Source: Lama glama
Taxonomy: Eukaryota
Direction of reading: 5' to 3'
DNA length: 64,000 nt
Assembly: GCA_028534125.1 (NCBI GenBank)
Contig: CM052818.1
Location: forward strand, 14,448,001 to 14,512,000
Shown here: piece after piece, positions 49,973 through 63,752 of the stretch
Position numbering within the stretch: position 1 is the first letter of the stretch
Layout: each line of letters begins with the position of its first letter
Made by a program: the position numbers and the translations under genes
The notes under the pieces: generated by a model
Databases searched by the model: none
Told to the model about the DNA's origin: nothing
The model's input: the letters and a program-made list of their open reading frames with translations, nothing else

Positions 49973-52900
49973 TAAAAGCTTTAGTAAAGACTTGGGGGGA
50001 ATCCACTCCGGGCCATGGGAAAAAAAGCAGATCTAAAGCCACGTTACGCGTCTATGACTCTGAATTTGAACAAACTGTTCTCAAATGCTATCGGCCAACA
50101 TACTGATTCCTCCAAGTCCTCCAAGTCTACTCTTCAACCCTTAAGGAAAAAAAAAAACCTCCTATGGGAATCCTGCCAGGTCTCATTTTTACAATGAAAG
50201 TCCTAATAAATTACTTATTGACTCCAAATTGCCTCCAAGCCTCACTTCTGTGTACACGGTGCTGCAGAGTAACCTCCACTGACCACAGTTACCCCTGGTG
50301 TCAGGCCTGATCCCTGTTAAGTCCAACCTTCGTGAAATGGTTCAAAAACTACTTTTGTAGTCAGCCTCTTTGAGATCAAATCCCTGAAACACAAAAGTAA
50401 TCAACTAATGGTTTAGGACTAGTCAGTAGCAACACACCCTAGTTAAGCGAGTATGTACACATCTATACAATTTGGGTGTGGGTGTGTGTGTCCACGTGCA
50501 GGCCTACATGTGCACAGCATCACCTTGGCAGATATTAAATAGACAAGTTTTCTTTACTTCTAAGGTTTTGTGATACTCCCATCTTCAACTCTGCTGAAAT
50601 ATTCAGACCTGCCCGCCCAGCTAAAGAATACTGATCTCCTGTCAACAGAGCACATACACAGTTTCCTGCTAAGAATAATTTTAGTGTAATAAGGGCTCGT
50701 GAAGCAACAGATCATGGTTCCTGCTGATCAAAATGTCCTTCTATCCCACCTATTTAAGATTATGGAAGTGCAAATGGCAAAAACCATTTCTCAGGAGAGA
50801 AGATTATAAGCCAAGTCTTGTTAACACTCTACAAGAGCCTGTGTTTCTGACTCATCAAACATAAAAAGTTAACAGAAAATTAACAAGAGACTAGGACCTG
50901 AGTCAGAGTCACACGGCATTTATTATTTCCCGGAGAAGGACAAAGGTTACCATCATCCCTAGACTCATACACAGTCTGCATCTCACTGTGTACACAGAAA
51001 CCACCAGGAAGAGAGGCCCAAACTCACCTCGGTAACTACGGGAAGTCAGCCTTCCTAACTCCTCAGGAGCCCACACACAATCTTACAGGCCTCAGGGACT
51101 TGAGTATCTAACCAGCCCGTCCCCTCGTTTTCCAAATGAGGACACTGAGGCTGAGAGAGGTTGGATAATTCAAGTCTCATCTCACCCAGCCCAGCAGGAC
51201 CCAGTCTCGGGGCTGCAGTAACAGCACTGACCACAGCCTCCTATCTGAAGTCCTTCTGTCAATGCCATAAAAAGCTTTTTGACTTAAGAGAAGTTTTCCC
51301 TAGAATTTAAAGCCCCCGTTTAATGCCTGGCTTTTCTCTAACAGTAGAATAGCAATGGAATAGGAAGCACGTTAAATAAAGTGCCCAGCTAGTAACTGTC
51401 ACTCGGTGGGATCTTAGGATAATTTCACTTATTTAATTTCCTCCTTCCTTAAGTAAAAATGTACCCTTTTGCAAAACACGTTTTTCACGTTGCTTCTACA
51501 ACCTACCAACAGTCATATCTAGGATATATTTTATACCTCCATACCTTACAAGGTAATTCACACCACCATACCTTTAGTACACTATTTAACATAAATAAAC
51601 GTTTGACCTTTTTTAAAAATAGGTCACCAAGGCCCCCCTTTTTAAACTGGTCACACTTCCTTTGTGCTTGACAATCAGAAGAAAGAATGCTGTAAAATAT
51701 CTGATTCTTAATTCAGTTTTTCTGTTAAATATAGGTAATGTTTGGCTCTCCTGGGAAAGGTTTCAAAATAAGCTCAGTCACCACTGATGTCCCAAATGAG
51801 TATTTATTACTTCAAAAAAAAAAAAAACCACTTTGCTCTAACTTCTGTTCCTCCAGCAGTCCTAATCTTCTAAGTTTACTCAAGGTATCGCAAAATCTTA
51901 CTCGTCATTCTCTAAAATGGAGTAATTGAAGGGAGAGGTACAAGATTTCTTTTTCATGAATTAAAAGGCATTCAGAGGCCTACAAATACTTACGCGAAGG
52001 AGGGCAATTTCCAAGAGAATTAGAGAAGACAGGTCAAAGATAGGCATCAGAGGTTTGCAAGTACTGCCCTGGAAAGCAGGGGCCTCTGATTTGTATTACC
52101 ACTAATGCAGGCAGGCTGGGGCAAATGACCGACCACATTCAGAAAATCTCAGACTGAAATCTGTGAAATGGGGGCAAATGGCCTCTACTAAAGACTGCTC
52201 TGAGTATTACAGTAATATTTTTATAATCTTCCCCAAGATGAAAGCGATACACAAATTTTAAGTATTATAAATAATCCCCCTGAAAATCTAGAAATATTTC
52301 TTCTTTATTATCCCCTGATACCAAACTACAGCTGTCTCAACAAGAAAAGACAGAGCACTAAAGCTAGTAACCCCCACCAGGGACCAACCCTCTCCTGGCA
52401 AGTGCTGGCTTGGATGTTCTGTGCTGAGCACCGCCCTCTCCCTCCAAGGAACACAGGTCTCCCATCCCTGTCTCCATCCCATCCTCCCTCCTTGGTGATT
52501 TGCAGGGAAAAAAAATAAACAGATTTCTCAACAGCCACTCCAAGAAAAGTTCTTATATTTTTATTGCACTTTCCCCCAAGTCACTTTCAAGAAATGATCA
52601 TTTTAATGTGCACTGAGTACAAACCCAAAACAGGAAAATGTAGCAAGAGAAGACGCAAAAGCAAGGAACCTATAAGGTTTTTTTAAATTAAAAAAAATGA
52701 ATCTTTTCTCCCCCCGCCCCCGAAGAAGGCCTGGAGTCACAAATGCACTCTAAACACCCACAAGCAAAGCCACAGGCCAGCACTGTCTCTAGGCCATTGG
52801 ACACATGCCCTTTGAATGTTCTTGCTTTTCCACCTTGACTTTGATCTTCCCATCGTGCATCAATGTAATATTTCTCAGTACGGAGAAGACAGGAGCCCTC

Positions 52901-53859
52901 TCTTCAGAAGATTTACCTTCCTAATGCAAAGTTATAATTAACACCTCCCATGTGTGCCTATAGCGTGCAGATGCTGAGCTAAGCACCTTCCCACATTACA
53001 GTTCTCTCAACATCCCACCAGGAGGATGTTTTGATTCTCTTCCTATAGAAGTAACTCTGCCCACTACCTTACAGCTGCTAAGTGGCAGAGCAGGGGTTTA
53101 ACCTTGGACTCCAGACCTCAAAAGCCACTCTCTTCCTTTCTTTGCATCAGCCCTGAGACAAACGGTCCTGGACGCCTGAATCCAAACGGAGGAAAAACTG
53201 GGGGCTTGGGCCCTAGGAGACCTGCACATGGGTGCGTGGAGAGGCAGATGAGAGAGCTTCGGGGCCCATACAGTTTCCAAAGGCTAGAGAGAATGCAGGC
53301 AAATGCAAGCAAAGGAAAGCATAATTCTGAAAACTGGAGGCCATGTGATAGAGCCAAACAAAAACCAAAACCAAAAACTGAACAGTGGCCTGCCTTGCAG
53401 ATTCGTGACCAAAATACCCATATCAGACCCTCAAGATACCCCAAGCATCTGGCACCCAGAAGGAAAAATTTAGTATGAGGCTTCATATAACCAAACCTAA
53501 CTCACCTTCCTCCCTGGTCCCTTTTCCATGCCCTCCACAGCCCACTGAAGAGCAAGTCCTAGGACTCTGATGAACAGTTTAAGCCCTTGCTCTCTCAAAC
53601 CCCTGGCCACTGCTCCACTTTCCAGACTTTCTCTCTGCTCCTCCCTGGACAGACAGGACCATTTCCCAGAACGGCCTCCCACTCCAGCCGTTCTCCAGAG
53701 CCTTCCTCCATGGTGTCCCCAGAGGGTTCCTGCTGAGACCAAGCCCCACCCGACTGGTGCTTCTCAGGCTAAGTCACTAGAAGGCTCAGGACCCCTGGGG
53801 GTGGAGATCTAGGCGAGACCACTCTGTTTCACCCAGAGTGGCTCCAAGTTTGCCATTTT

Positions 53860-54450
53860 ACCTATTGAGGTAACAAAATTCTACTTAAAATTAAAAATTC
53901 TCCTGAACTCCTTGTTGAAAACCACTGGCTAAAAGGATAAAGACTAAACTCCTGGGCAGGGCATTCAAGGACCTCCTCGTCCACTTCTCCCTGGCAGAGC
54001 TGGGCACATCGGTGCCGTTCAGGGCACCCCCTGCTCAGCCTGAACTCCCTTCCATCTACTGACACTGCCTCTCCTCTGTGAGAAGTGAACGTCTTTCTCA
54101 CTGACCACAGGCTTGATTTCACTCAATCACCTATCACTACACAGATGACCCTTGAACAACACAGATTTGAACCGGGCAGGTCCACTAATCTGCGGATTGT
54201 TTTCAATAGTAAGTACTACAGAGCTACACGATCGTGGTTGGCTGAATCGGCGGATGTGAAACCGCAGACACCGAGTACCCGTGATACAGAGGGCCGCCTG
54301 GGAAGTTAGAGGCGGCTCTGACCGCAAGGAGGGTCAGCAGCACGAATCCCCACGCTGTTCAAGAATCAACTGCATTTCTACCATTAATCACTGTGCCTGG
54401 CACACAGCAGGTGCTCAAAAAATATCTCTCATTCACTAATGAATGAAACA
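53860..54450 (+). mobile_element. L2 3' fragment interrupted by a Tigger element
   Basis: aggataaagactaaactcctgggcagggcattcaagg... and tail cactgtgcctggcacacagcaggtgctcaaaaatat...aatgaatgaa. Confidence 0.6.
54142..54372. mobile_element. Tigger2/MER8-like non-autonomous Tc1-mariner (pogo) element
   Basis: Terminal inverted repeats cagatgacccttgaacaac ... gctgttcaagaatcaactg. Confidence 0.8.
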
Positions 54451-54700
54451 AAAAAATCAAATAATCTCTAATAAGCATGATTCACATAGCTCAGAAAAAG
54501 AGAGGCCACTTAGACATACTTTCAAACGTACCTGCTACCACAGGGCTTCCCAACACTGTTAGTGATAAGCTCTAATTAGCAGATCAATACTAGTGTTAAA
54601 AAACGGAACTGAAAATATCAGAGCATCTCATGAAATGCAAGTAAACACTACTTAGTGAAATTTAAATGTGGGTGGATATATTCACACATATACTCATTTA

Positions 54701-55144
54701 CAGACAGTCCCTGGCTTATTGTGGTTCAACTCAACTTTGCAAAAGCAATCTGCATTCAGCAGAAACTATACTTTGAATTGTGACTCTTCATCTTTTCCTG
54801 GGATTGCGATACGCCATGTGCTACATGGTACGATGCTGGGCAACAGCACGTCAGCCACACGACCACGAGGGTAAACAACCAGTATACTTACAACCACTCT
54901 GTCTCTCACTTTCAGTGTAGTATAAACAACAAATTACATGAGACAGTCAACACTTTATTATAAAATATGCTTTTGTGTTAGACTCAGGCTACTGTAAGTG
55001 GTCTGAGCACATTTAAGATTGGCTGGGTTAAGCTATCTTTTAGGTAGGTTAGGTGTATTAAATGCATTCTTTTGACTCATGACATTTTCGACTTGCTGAT
55101 GGGTTTATCAGAACGTAACTTCGTCATAAGTCAATGAAGATCTG
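54701..55144 (-). mobile_element. MER47/Tigger5 element
   Basis: cagacagtccctggctta ... aggttaggtgtattaaatgcatt ... gatgggtttatcagaacgtaac ... taagtcaatgaagatctg, preceded by TA; matches reverse MER47. Confidence 0.85.
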
Positions 55145-58100
55145 GACATATGTTTATGTGTGTGCTAGGCTGTCAAGTACAATGTATTTCTTACCGATAC
55201 TTTGCTCAATTTGTTTTCTTTCAAAATCTTAAGTCAGTTCTAGATTAGATCGACGTGATTAAAGTATTCCATTCAGTTTAAAAACCACAGAAACACCATC
55301 CTTCACGATAAAAATTCAGTTCAGAGAGTAATGGTGGTGGGTATGCCAATTAAGATGGCTCCCTGAATGAGGGAGTTTAAAAAAAAAAAAAACCCTGCCC
55401 GTGGTCACACCTGACGATTACGGCTGATTAAATGCACAAAGAAAGCAGCACAAGCACACCTGTTAATTCAGCGCCGGGGGTTTTGGGTTTCGAATGGGTA
55501 TCAAGTGCCTCCTCCAGCCTTGCCTCCTCTCCATCCTGCACTTTGCAAGGCAGTCTTGAATACCTCTACATTATTTACAACCATCCCCTCCACCACTGGC
55601 TTTCTCTCAAATGCTTGGGGGACAGCTTCATGGACGGTGTGTGGAGGGGCTCAGGGCAAAAGTGAGAGACGCACATTAACCCTCTGCAGGGCCACCAGCT
55701 GCAGGTACAAAATTTTGTATATTTTTCTGGCAGAGACATATCAAGAGCTAACAGATTTGGTCTGTAAACTTATTTCTCCAAAATCGCATATAACACAGCT
55801 TCAGGATTATCAATCCATGGAACTGTCAAGCCCACGTCTTGAGAAAAGGTAAAAACCGACCAGGGGGCCAGGCTGGCTAAATGACATGCCACTAGCCCCG
55901 TGGATTTACAGAGTTACTAGATTGTTTCTGTTGTTGTTAACCACAGAGGAGAAGGCTTACACTGCGCATCAGTCAGGACAACAACCATGACAACAGCCCT
56001 CCAGTCCCCTTGGAGCCTAGTCCGAGGGACAGATGAACGGCCTTTGGCTACTGCAGCAAAATGGAGGCATTCTAGGAACCATATACAATGAGAACGTTTC
56101 CTTCCCTGCCGTGTGCGGCCACCAGTCCCTAGTCACAAATTCCCTACGTCCTGCAAGTCACAGTACAGAATTCCAGGAGGGAAACTGAGGCCAGCTTTTA
56201 CACATTTCTAATGAGCCATTAAATTATCAAACTCCAACTTTTGGCACCCACTTGAGGATAATGATCGCACATAGGAAAACACCGGCTAAACACAAAGTGA
56301 CCTGGGCGTGGGTATCTCTTTAGAGATGACCCCCTCCGCTAAGCACCTTTAGTATCCTGGGCACACAGAAGGCAAAGAGACAAAGAAGAGGTTCAGAAAC
56401 ACTGCAGTGACCTGAGAAGGAGTAGGCAAATAAAGAAATCTTAAGCTTTAGCTCTTCCAACCAAAAAGCATAAAACCCTCGGATCAAACCCATGTAGCAC
56501 AAAAGGAGGCAGGAGCCAAACCGAGAGTTTCGTGGAAGGATGTCTGATCCACCATGTAATGGTTTGTACCAGCTTCCAAACAACGCCCTAAACTTCCAAA
56601 AGCATCTCTATCAGTTAACGCTGAAGCAGGGAGACAGGATCCTGGCAAGAATGAAAACTGAAGGAAAATACCCTTGGTGGCAGAAAGACTCAGCTCCAGA
56701 CTGGAACAGTCAGCTGGTCCTGCTACTGTTTACTAGGGGGAAAATACCTCAAAAGATATGCATCAAACTTTCAAAAGGAATTATCTTTCGGAATGGGGAT
56801 CAGTTTGGGGAAACGGAAACAATCACTGTCAGCTTCTGCAGTGTTTTTTTTTTCCCTTTTTTTTTTTTTTACAATGCAATGCATTATTTTATATGTTCTA
56901 ATGTAAATGTATTTGTAAATGTAAAATGTAAATATATTTTAATGTAAAATTCTTAAATACACAGAGCTCATTTTTCAAGGGGTATTACAGAAATTAGGGA
57001 GAAATTTTCCCTAAATGAGGTGATACTTAGTAGTTCTGACCACGAATGGGTTCTTCAGTCTCACAAAAGTCATAATCGCGATCTGCCTTTCGTGAGGCGC
57101 TGAAGAGAATGCCGATAGGGACACTACTCGCTGACACTGTCTTCAAGAAGCTTAGCAATCAGCCAGGGAGAGAGTGTGCCTACACCCGCCCTGAGCACAC
57201 ACATGAAACTAGTAACACTCAGGGAGTAGGGCATGGAATAACAAGGGCCAAAGAAGTTTCTTGAGAAGGTCAGTGTGAGCCACACAGGCAAGAAGGCTCC
57301 ATGGAGCAGTTGGGGCTCAAGCTGGAGACGTGGAGAGGGCTTGGGTTCCCAGAAGACTCACAGGGCAAGCCGACCGGTAACCAGCAATGCAGGGAGGGCC
57401 AGGGACCTGGCACATGGCCCAGCATCTCCCTGACTTCAGTCCATCTGTTTCTTCCGATGCCTCCAAACACAGTCATGTTGCTAATAAAGCAATTTCACAC
57501 ACACACTTAAGAAATGAAAGGATTCTGCAGAAATTTAAACCTGGGTGGCAAAATTTTTATCAGCCTCACCCAGTAACAAAGGCCCATCACCCAATTATGC
57601 CACTACCTTATTCTGAAAATTATCTAATGATACTATAGAAGAGATAAAAATTGTGGAAAATGGACCTGTTTATCAACCAGAAAATGAAGAGACTAAGATT
57701 CAGGTTTGGGGGAAGTGTCACAGCACTTTTATGTAATACTGTCACCTCCACTGATTATCTTACACATACAATCTATTTCCCCAAAACAGATTACATGCTC
57801 CCTTTTTGGGAAGAGCTCCGTGTGGTTCCAGGAGAGCTACCATGTTCTCACATCCCCCTCCACCCACACCACAGTTCACCAGTTCAGGAGTTGCCCCCTG
57901 ACCAAAGCCTCATAAATTACAGCTTCCTTATCAAATAGCCCCAATGTTTCCAACTGGAACTAGAAACACGGGGCAAGTGGTGGACAGTGAAGTGCTGGGA
58001 CAGACGGCAGCCACAGTCCCCCTTATCTGGAAGACCACCTGCAGGGGCAGAGACAGAAGCTAAAATCAAGAGATTGAGAGACGGAAAACCTTCATTTCTG

Positions 58101-58379
58101 TTGTTCTGGGGCCTGTCTGCACTTTGACTTTTCCTCAGATTGGCTGTTCAGCTCTTCCTTTGATCACACAAGATACACCGATATCTTTTCCTGAAACCCC
58201 TAATATTAAGTACCTTTCCACCCAACCACACACAATTCTGCATTATTTCTAATGGAGGCCAACCACAGATCCAACTGCCAGCTAAATCCCCTCTAAGCCG
58301 TGGATGGATGGGCTGGTATGTTTTATATATATGACTTTCTGCTCTTCCCCATGTTGTGGCTACCTCTTCTAGAGGTCAT

Positions 58380-58800
58380 CATTTGTAAGTAACCAGTTAG
58401 CCATGACCTGATATAAAAAGATCATCTGGGCCCTCAGAGCCCCATCTCCATACTCAACCTCACAGAGAGCTGAACTAGAAAAAGCCAGGATACTGGGTCA
58501 GTTAGCAATGAGGTCAAAAGAGAATCCACTGGCTGGAGGCAGAGTTGGAACCACAGCACACCTAAGCCAAGTGGGAGCTGAGTTATGACAAGCAGACACT
58601 AGCACTGAGGAGGAACCGCCCCGTCTGAAAGGTGAAGAATGCCTCCAGCCCTACAGCAGCCTCCATCACTAATGGATTTCTGGGTCTCAAGTGCCTGAAA
58701 TTTTGCAATAACCTACCCCATGCCTCCACCACACCTGTATCTTTTTCATTCAGATACTCAAGTGAATCTCTGTTCCTGACAACCAGAAAGGACTAACCCC
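58380..58800 (+). mobile_element. Possible MLT1-type (MaLR) LTR remnant
   Basis: 3' end tctctgttcctgacaaccagaaaggactaac resembles MLT1 termini; the rest is highly degraded. Confidence 0.4.
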
Positions 58801-59565
58801 AAATAATTTTGGATGCAGGATTCTTCCCAGAGAAGCCAATCAGCAGACACAGACCAAATGCTTGTTACCTTGCTACCCAGAACCCTCCCACCAGATTACT
58901 ATTTAATGTGATCATGTCACAACTACTGATGAATACACAGTTTAATAATCAAAACCATCTTCTTTCATCAACTTGGTGTCAAACACCAAAATGTAGTTTA
59001 AGAAACTATTTAACATCTACCCAGCATCAATTTTCTCTACAAATTAGAAAATTAAACTGAACAGTACTGCTAAAAATGGTAGTTAAATAAAAACTTAGCT
59101 ATCTGAATTGCATTGTTAATGTAAAACCTACTTTGTGACATTTTTAGTTTGCTTTCATTGTGGGACATGTTTATAAAGTCTTTACAAGACTATAAATGAC
59201 CTGCATAAAAATTATACATTTTATTTTTACCTCCTTATATTTTCTTCTTTACCTGCTCTCACATCCACTTTGGTAGAAAATTGGCAAAAGAGTTAAACTG
59301 TGTATAAGTGAATTTAATAGAGGGAACAAAGATGAATGACCATGTGAGACAACCAAACACCCACTAAGTAGGCTTTTCTGATGACCACATCCAGGTAAAG
59401 GAAAAAGTACTTAACTCTGTAGTACTTTCAGATGCCTACAATGGAGCTGCCATCTGCAACCACCAAATAAAATCACAGTATTATGCTGTTGGAAACTTTC
59501 ATACAATTTTTTTCTGTTCTTCCTCACTTATCTGCCACTACTCTTTACATAAGAGAACAGAGGGA

Positions 59566-59950
59566 GAAATGAGGGACTGATACATGTGACAACGTGGATG
59601 AACCTAAAAAACATTGAGTGAAAGACATCAGTCACAAACAGCCACATACTGTATGATTCCATTTAGATGAAGTGTCCAGAATAGGTGAATCCATCGTTAG
59701 AAACTAGATTAGTGGCTGCCTGGAGCTAGGGGGAGGTGGAAGTGGGAAGTGACCACAAGTGTGTATGCGATTTCTTGTGGAGGTGATAAAAATGTTCTGG
59801 AATTAGGGTTTTTTTTTTGGAATTAGTTTTGACTGTTGCACAACTATGAGTATATTAAAAAAAAAAAAACCCAAACCAAAAAAACCCACTGAATGCATAC
59901 TTTACAGGGATAAATTGTATGGTATGCAAACAGTATCTCAATAAAGCTGA
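59566..59950 (+). mobile_element. Old L1 (L1MB/L1MC type) 3' fragment
   Basis: aacgtggatgaacctaaaaaacatt...cacatactgtatgattccattta...tccagaataggtgaatccat...aaatgttctggaatta...tatctcaataaagctg. Confidence 0.85.
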
Positions 59951-62741
59951 TACTTAAAAGACAGATAGATGATGGCAGGAGCTGCAGGGCATACATGCAG
60001 AGAGAGCCAGGAAAAGCAGAACTGACAAGGAAAAGCACAAATTTTTCCTCTTTTGTCTACATAGGCAGTCCCCAGCAAAAACAGGTCCTATTCCCTAAGT
60101 TCAATTATAAATCAACCATAAAATGTATGGGATTTTCCCATAGACACGGTGATTACTGTTACTCAAAAGTAAGAGAATGACTTAAGGAAACTATTCTGGT
60201 GGGGTGAGGAGTTAAGACAAAGGCTAAGGTGCAGGAAGAGATGAGCAAGGGGATGAGAAGGGAGATGTTCTCCTACATAACTGAAGAATGAGACAGGGGG
60301 CTCTAGAAAGAAAGCCGAGGGGCAGGAATGGGGGCTGGTTAGGAAGAGGGAATGGTGTGTGGTTAAGAGGTTTAATGAAGCAGAGAACTAGTAGGCTGGT
60401 TTTCCCAGCCAGATTATTCATCTCAGCTCCTAGGGGGTTGCAGCCATTGCTGAGGACAGAATTTGAGGACTACAAGGAAGGGTGGCAGGAATCGAAGCAG
60501 TAAGGAGACAGAGAGGGGAGAGAAACCTGAGGAAACTGGGCCAAAAAAAGAAAGGATTCCTGCAGTCCTGTGGTCAGGAAATTAATGAAGCCTTATGTAT
60601 ACAGAAAATAAACGGAGGGTATGATCCAGGATGACATGTAATGACCTAAACAGACTCTCTCTTGCACGAACCTCTTTGATATGAAACACTCGTTCAGATT
60701 CAGATTTCAAAAATGAGGGGTGGTGTATTCACTGTGCACTAGGGACCATGCCTCTCTCACAAATGAGCCCGAATAATGCTTAATTTAGGCAAAGAGCCTC
60801 AAGAGTGGATGAGGGAAAAGATGGGTAGCTATTAAATCTGTTAATCCTGACTATAAAAATCCACTCCATCATGCAAGGAGACTTTCCCTGGGGGCATAAA
60901 AGTGTTCCATCTGAACGAGGCAGTGAAGCATGTGAGTAAGAAAAGCTCTAGCTTAATTTTCAAGGAGTGAATCCAAGCTTCAGGTGGTGTATCATCTTGA
61001 GAAGCCAAAAGCACTTTCTGTTTCAATGAAAGGGGTCCTCAGAGACCTGCAGCCTGGCTTCCTCTGTTGCAGTGGAACTGGAAGCAGGTGTGCCAAGGTT
61101 CAAGCCCCAGTCTCTCTCTCCAAGTTCCAATGGTCTTTACATTACTCGACCCATCCTCTCAAAATGGTTTTTTCCCCTCTTGTGATCAATCCTCCCCTCA
61201 AAATTACTAAGAGCACTCACTGCCCATACTACTTCCTTGGCACTGGCATACAAGTTTAGTTCATGTTTCATGTAAACAGGTCTCTTCCTCCTAATTAGAT
61301 CATTCCAGATCATGTTTTATAGACCTCTTTGCATATTCAATAGCAAGCTGGCGCCATGCTCTCACCAGAAGGAAGTCACATATCTTGCATATATTTATTT
61401 CTTCGTGTATTCGCCTTGGCAGAGGGGATTGACTGATTAACAGTCATATTCTGGGAAGTTTCTAAGTAAAACCATCATACTACAGAGATCTTAAAAAGTA
61501 TGAAGCCAATATCTAAACCACCTAATTGAAACTCATGACTATAGGTAGAAAAGACAGTAAGACAGCTCTCAAAAAATGTAAACTAAAAAATCTTTTACAG
61601 TTTTAAAATAAGTTTTTCTCCATTTAGGTGTAGGTCCATCTATTTGGGGATTAAGTAAAAAAATGTAGGTATATAATTTTAATACCTTGAAATTTGCAGT
61701 CAACTGGCAGAAAGTGATGGCAAGTTCCGTTCTATTTCTCTGTGTATAGAATCCAGTTCTCTTCCTCCTAAGAAAACCCTGGGCCTAAAATATTTTATCT
61801 ATAAGTGCACAATTTTTTTTTTTAGGATATACTTTTGAAGTGTCCCCACTAATTTTAATTAGCACTAGAGAGCTAATTTAGGCACCCAAGAAATTTTCTG
61901 CCCTCCTGGAGGTTACAAATCAAAAGGCCCAAACAAGTACAGGGGCTGGGGCGGGGGGACCGCAATCACCTCCTGGAGAAGGACCCACCCAGACAGGGGC
62001 TATAATGACGGCAGGGATTACAGCAAGAATGTGTTCCTCCTGCCAGGAGACAGCTCTAAACTCAGTTCGGGCAGAACATTAAGCCTTCTTAGGTGTTGAG
62101 AGATCAAAACATAACTGTGACCTACTTACTGGGGGAAAGGGCAGACTAATATTTTAAAGGAGAGATGAAAGTTGATTTTCACTTTAGTGAGAATATTCAA
62201 GGATAATAAGATCTGAATATCAAGCGAGAACACTCAGGACATGTCTCAGGAAAAGTATTTCTCAAAGTGTATCATATGCATTAAGAAATGCAGATTCGTG
62301 TGCTCTCTCCCATGGCAGTGAATCCCAAATTTCTTGGTGGGGAGGGAACAGACTGGAATATGCATTTTCAAACAAGTGCACTATTAAGTCTTCCTGTATC
62401 CAAAAATAGTGCTTGAAAACAGCACCAAAGTTTTCAGCTGAAAGAGCAGAGTGCAGATGCAGAAGATCTGTCTCTGCTGCTACTTTGCATCCGTTTAATA
62501 AAAGTTTAGTGCTGGAAAGCACACACACATAAAAAAGTATTTATTTTAAAAATAATGACTCAATTGATAGGTTATTCTTCATCAGAATTTAAACCCACAT
62601 TTAGCACCAAGTGGCCAACTACTCACTGCTTCACAACTCTACCCAAGACTAAATCTGTGATGAGTATTTTAAAGCCCACATTTGTTCAGCAGGCTCTATA
62701 AAGTTTTAACCAATAAAAACGTCTGTGTGAAGGCTCTAGAG

Positions 62742-62974
62742 ATGCACTGTCCAAACCAGCACCCACTGGCCACATGGGACTAAAAATGACCATGTGAAAT
62801 ACATACTAGATTTTAAAGATTTAGTATAAAATGTGTACAGTATCTCATTTATAATAACTTTTCACACTGATTACATGTTGACAGTATTTTAGATAGTCTG
62901 ATTAACTGATGTACCTTCCTTAGAAAATTTAAAATCACATATGGCTAGTATTATATTTCCTCCAGACAGCACTG
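62742..62974. mobile_element. MER33-like hAT-Charlie element
   Basis: gcactgtccaa...aaagatttagta...tgattacatgttga...tagaaaatttaaaatcacatatggct...attatatttc...gacagcactg. Confidence 0.75.
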
Positions 62975-63752
62975 ATCTGACATTTAAAGTAAATCACTGC
63001 TTTAGCTGATTAAATGCTCCACCAAAATTCTTGGTCATTCAAGTGCCTATGTTTAAACGGAATCTGACCTATACATACAGCCACTAATAACTGTTATTTA
63101 CTGTATCCATGTAATGTAAAAGATACAATTAGGTGCTTTCACCTCATTTTCCTATGTCTCTCAGCTGTCCTTCAATCTCCCATAACCACATAAACTCAGG
63201 GTCAGTTTCTTTTGCTATGTCCATAGCTTAGCTGAAAGGCTCTTTTGCAAAATTTTAGTTCATGAACGTTAGTGAGTAACAACTCCCACAGTAATTTTGT
63301 TTATAATTTCTGTCATTTTTAAATGTTCATTGATATACAGGCTTTCTCCCACCATCTCTCTATGCCACTGTTTTGGGGGAAAATTAATCAAAACTTGTGA
63401 ATGTTAGATGTTGAGGTTTTTATGCTTTTTTTCCTAATTACAGAATAGTTCAGATTTATTTCAGGAAAAATTCAAATACAGGTAATAAAAAAGTAAAGCC
63501 ACTTATAAAGACACTCAGAATATTTTGGTACACAGACTTTTAATTTTTTAAATTCACTGTGAGTGTTGATATAAAGATATTAATTCAAAATACTTTATCA
63601 GTATTTTCAAGCTAAACGTTGCACTTTTTAAAAGACCACTTTTCCTACTTCCCTAATTTGTGCTGATCCCACAAAATATAACCTAAACCATAAATACACA
63701 TCCCCTGTAAAAAGAAAACGTTTACCTTTCACATTTCTTTAAAAGGTTAAAG

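Noticed and set aside
56895..56950. Cluster of TGTAAA repeats resembling Pumilio/forkhead sites
   Set aside because: Low-complexity AT-rich repeat; the Pumilio-like motif is on the strand opposite to SPTBN1 transcription.
230..62528. Remaining short ORFs (60-160 aa) in the six-frame track
   Set aside because: No recognisable homology; many start at non-ATG codons or overlap MIR, L1, L2 or MER elements. Their number is unremarkable for mammalian intron sequence.
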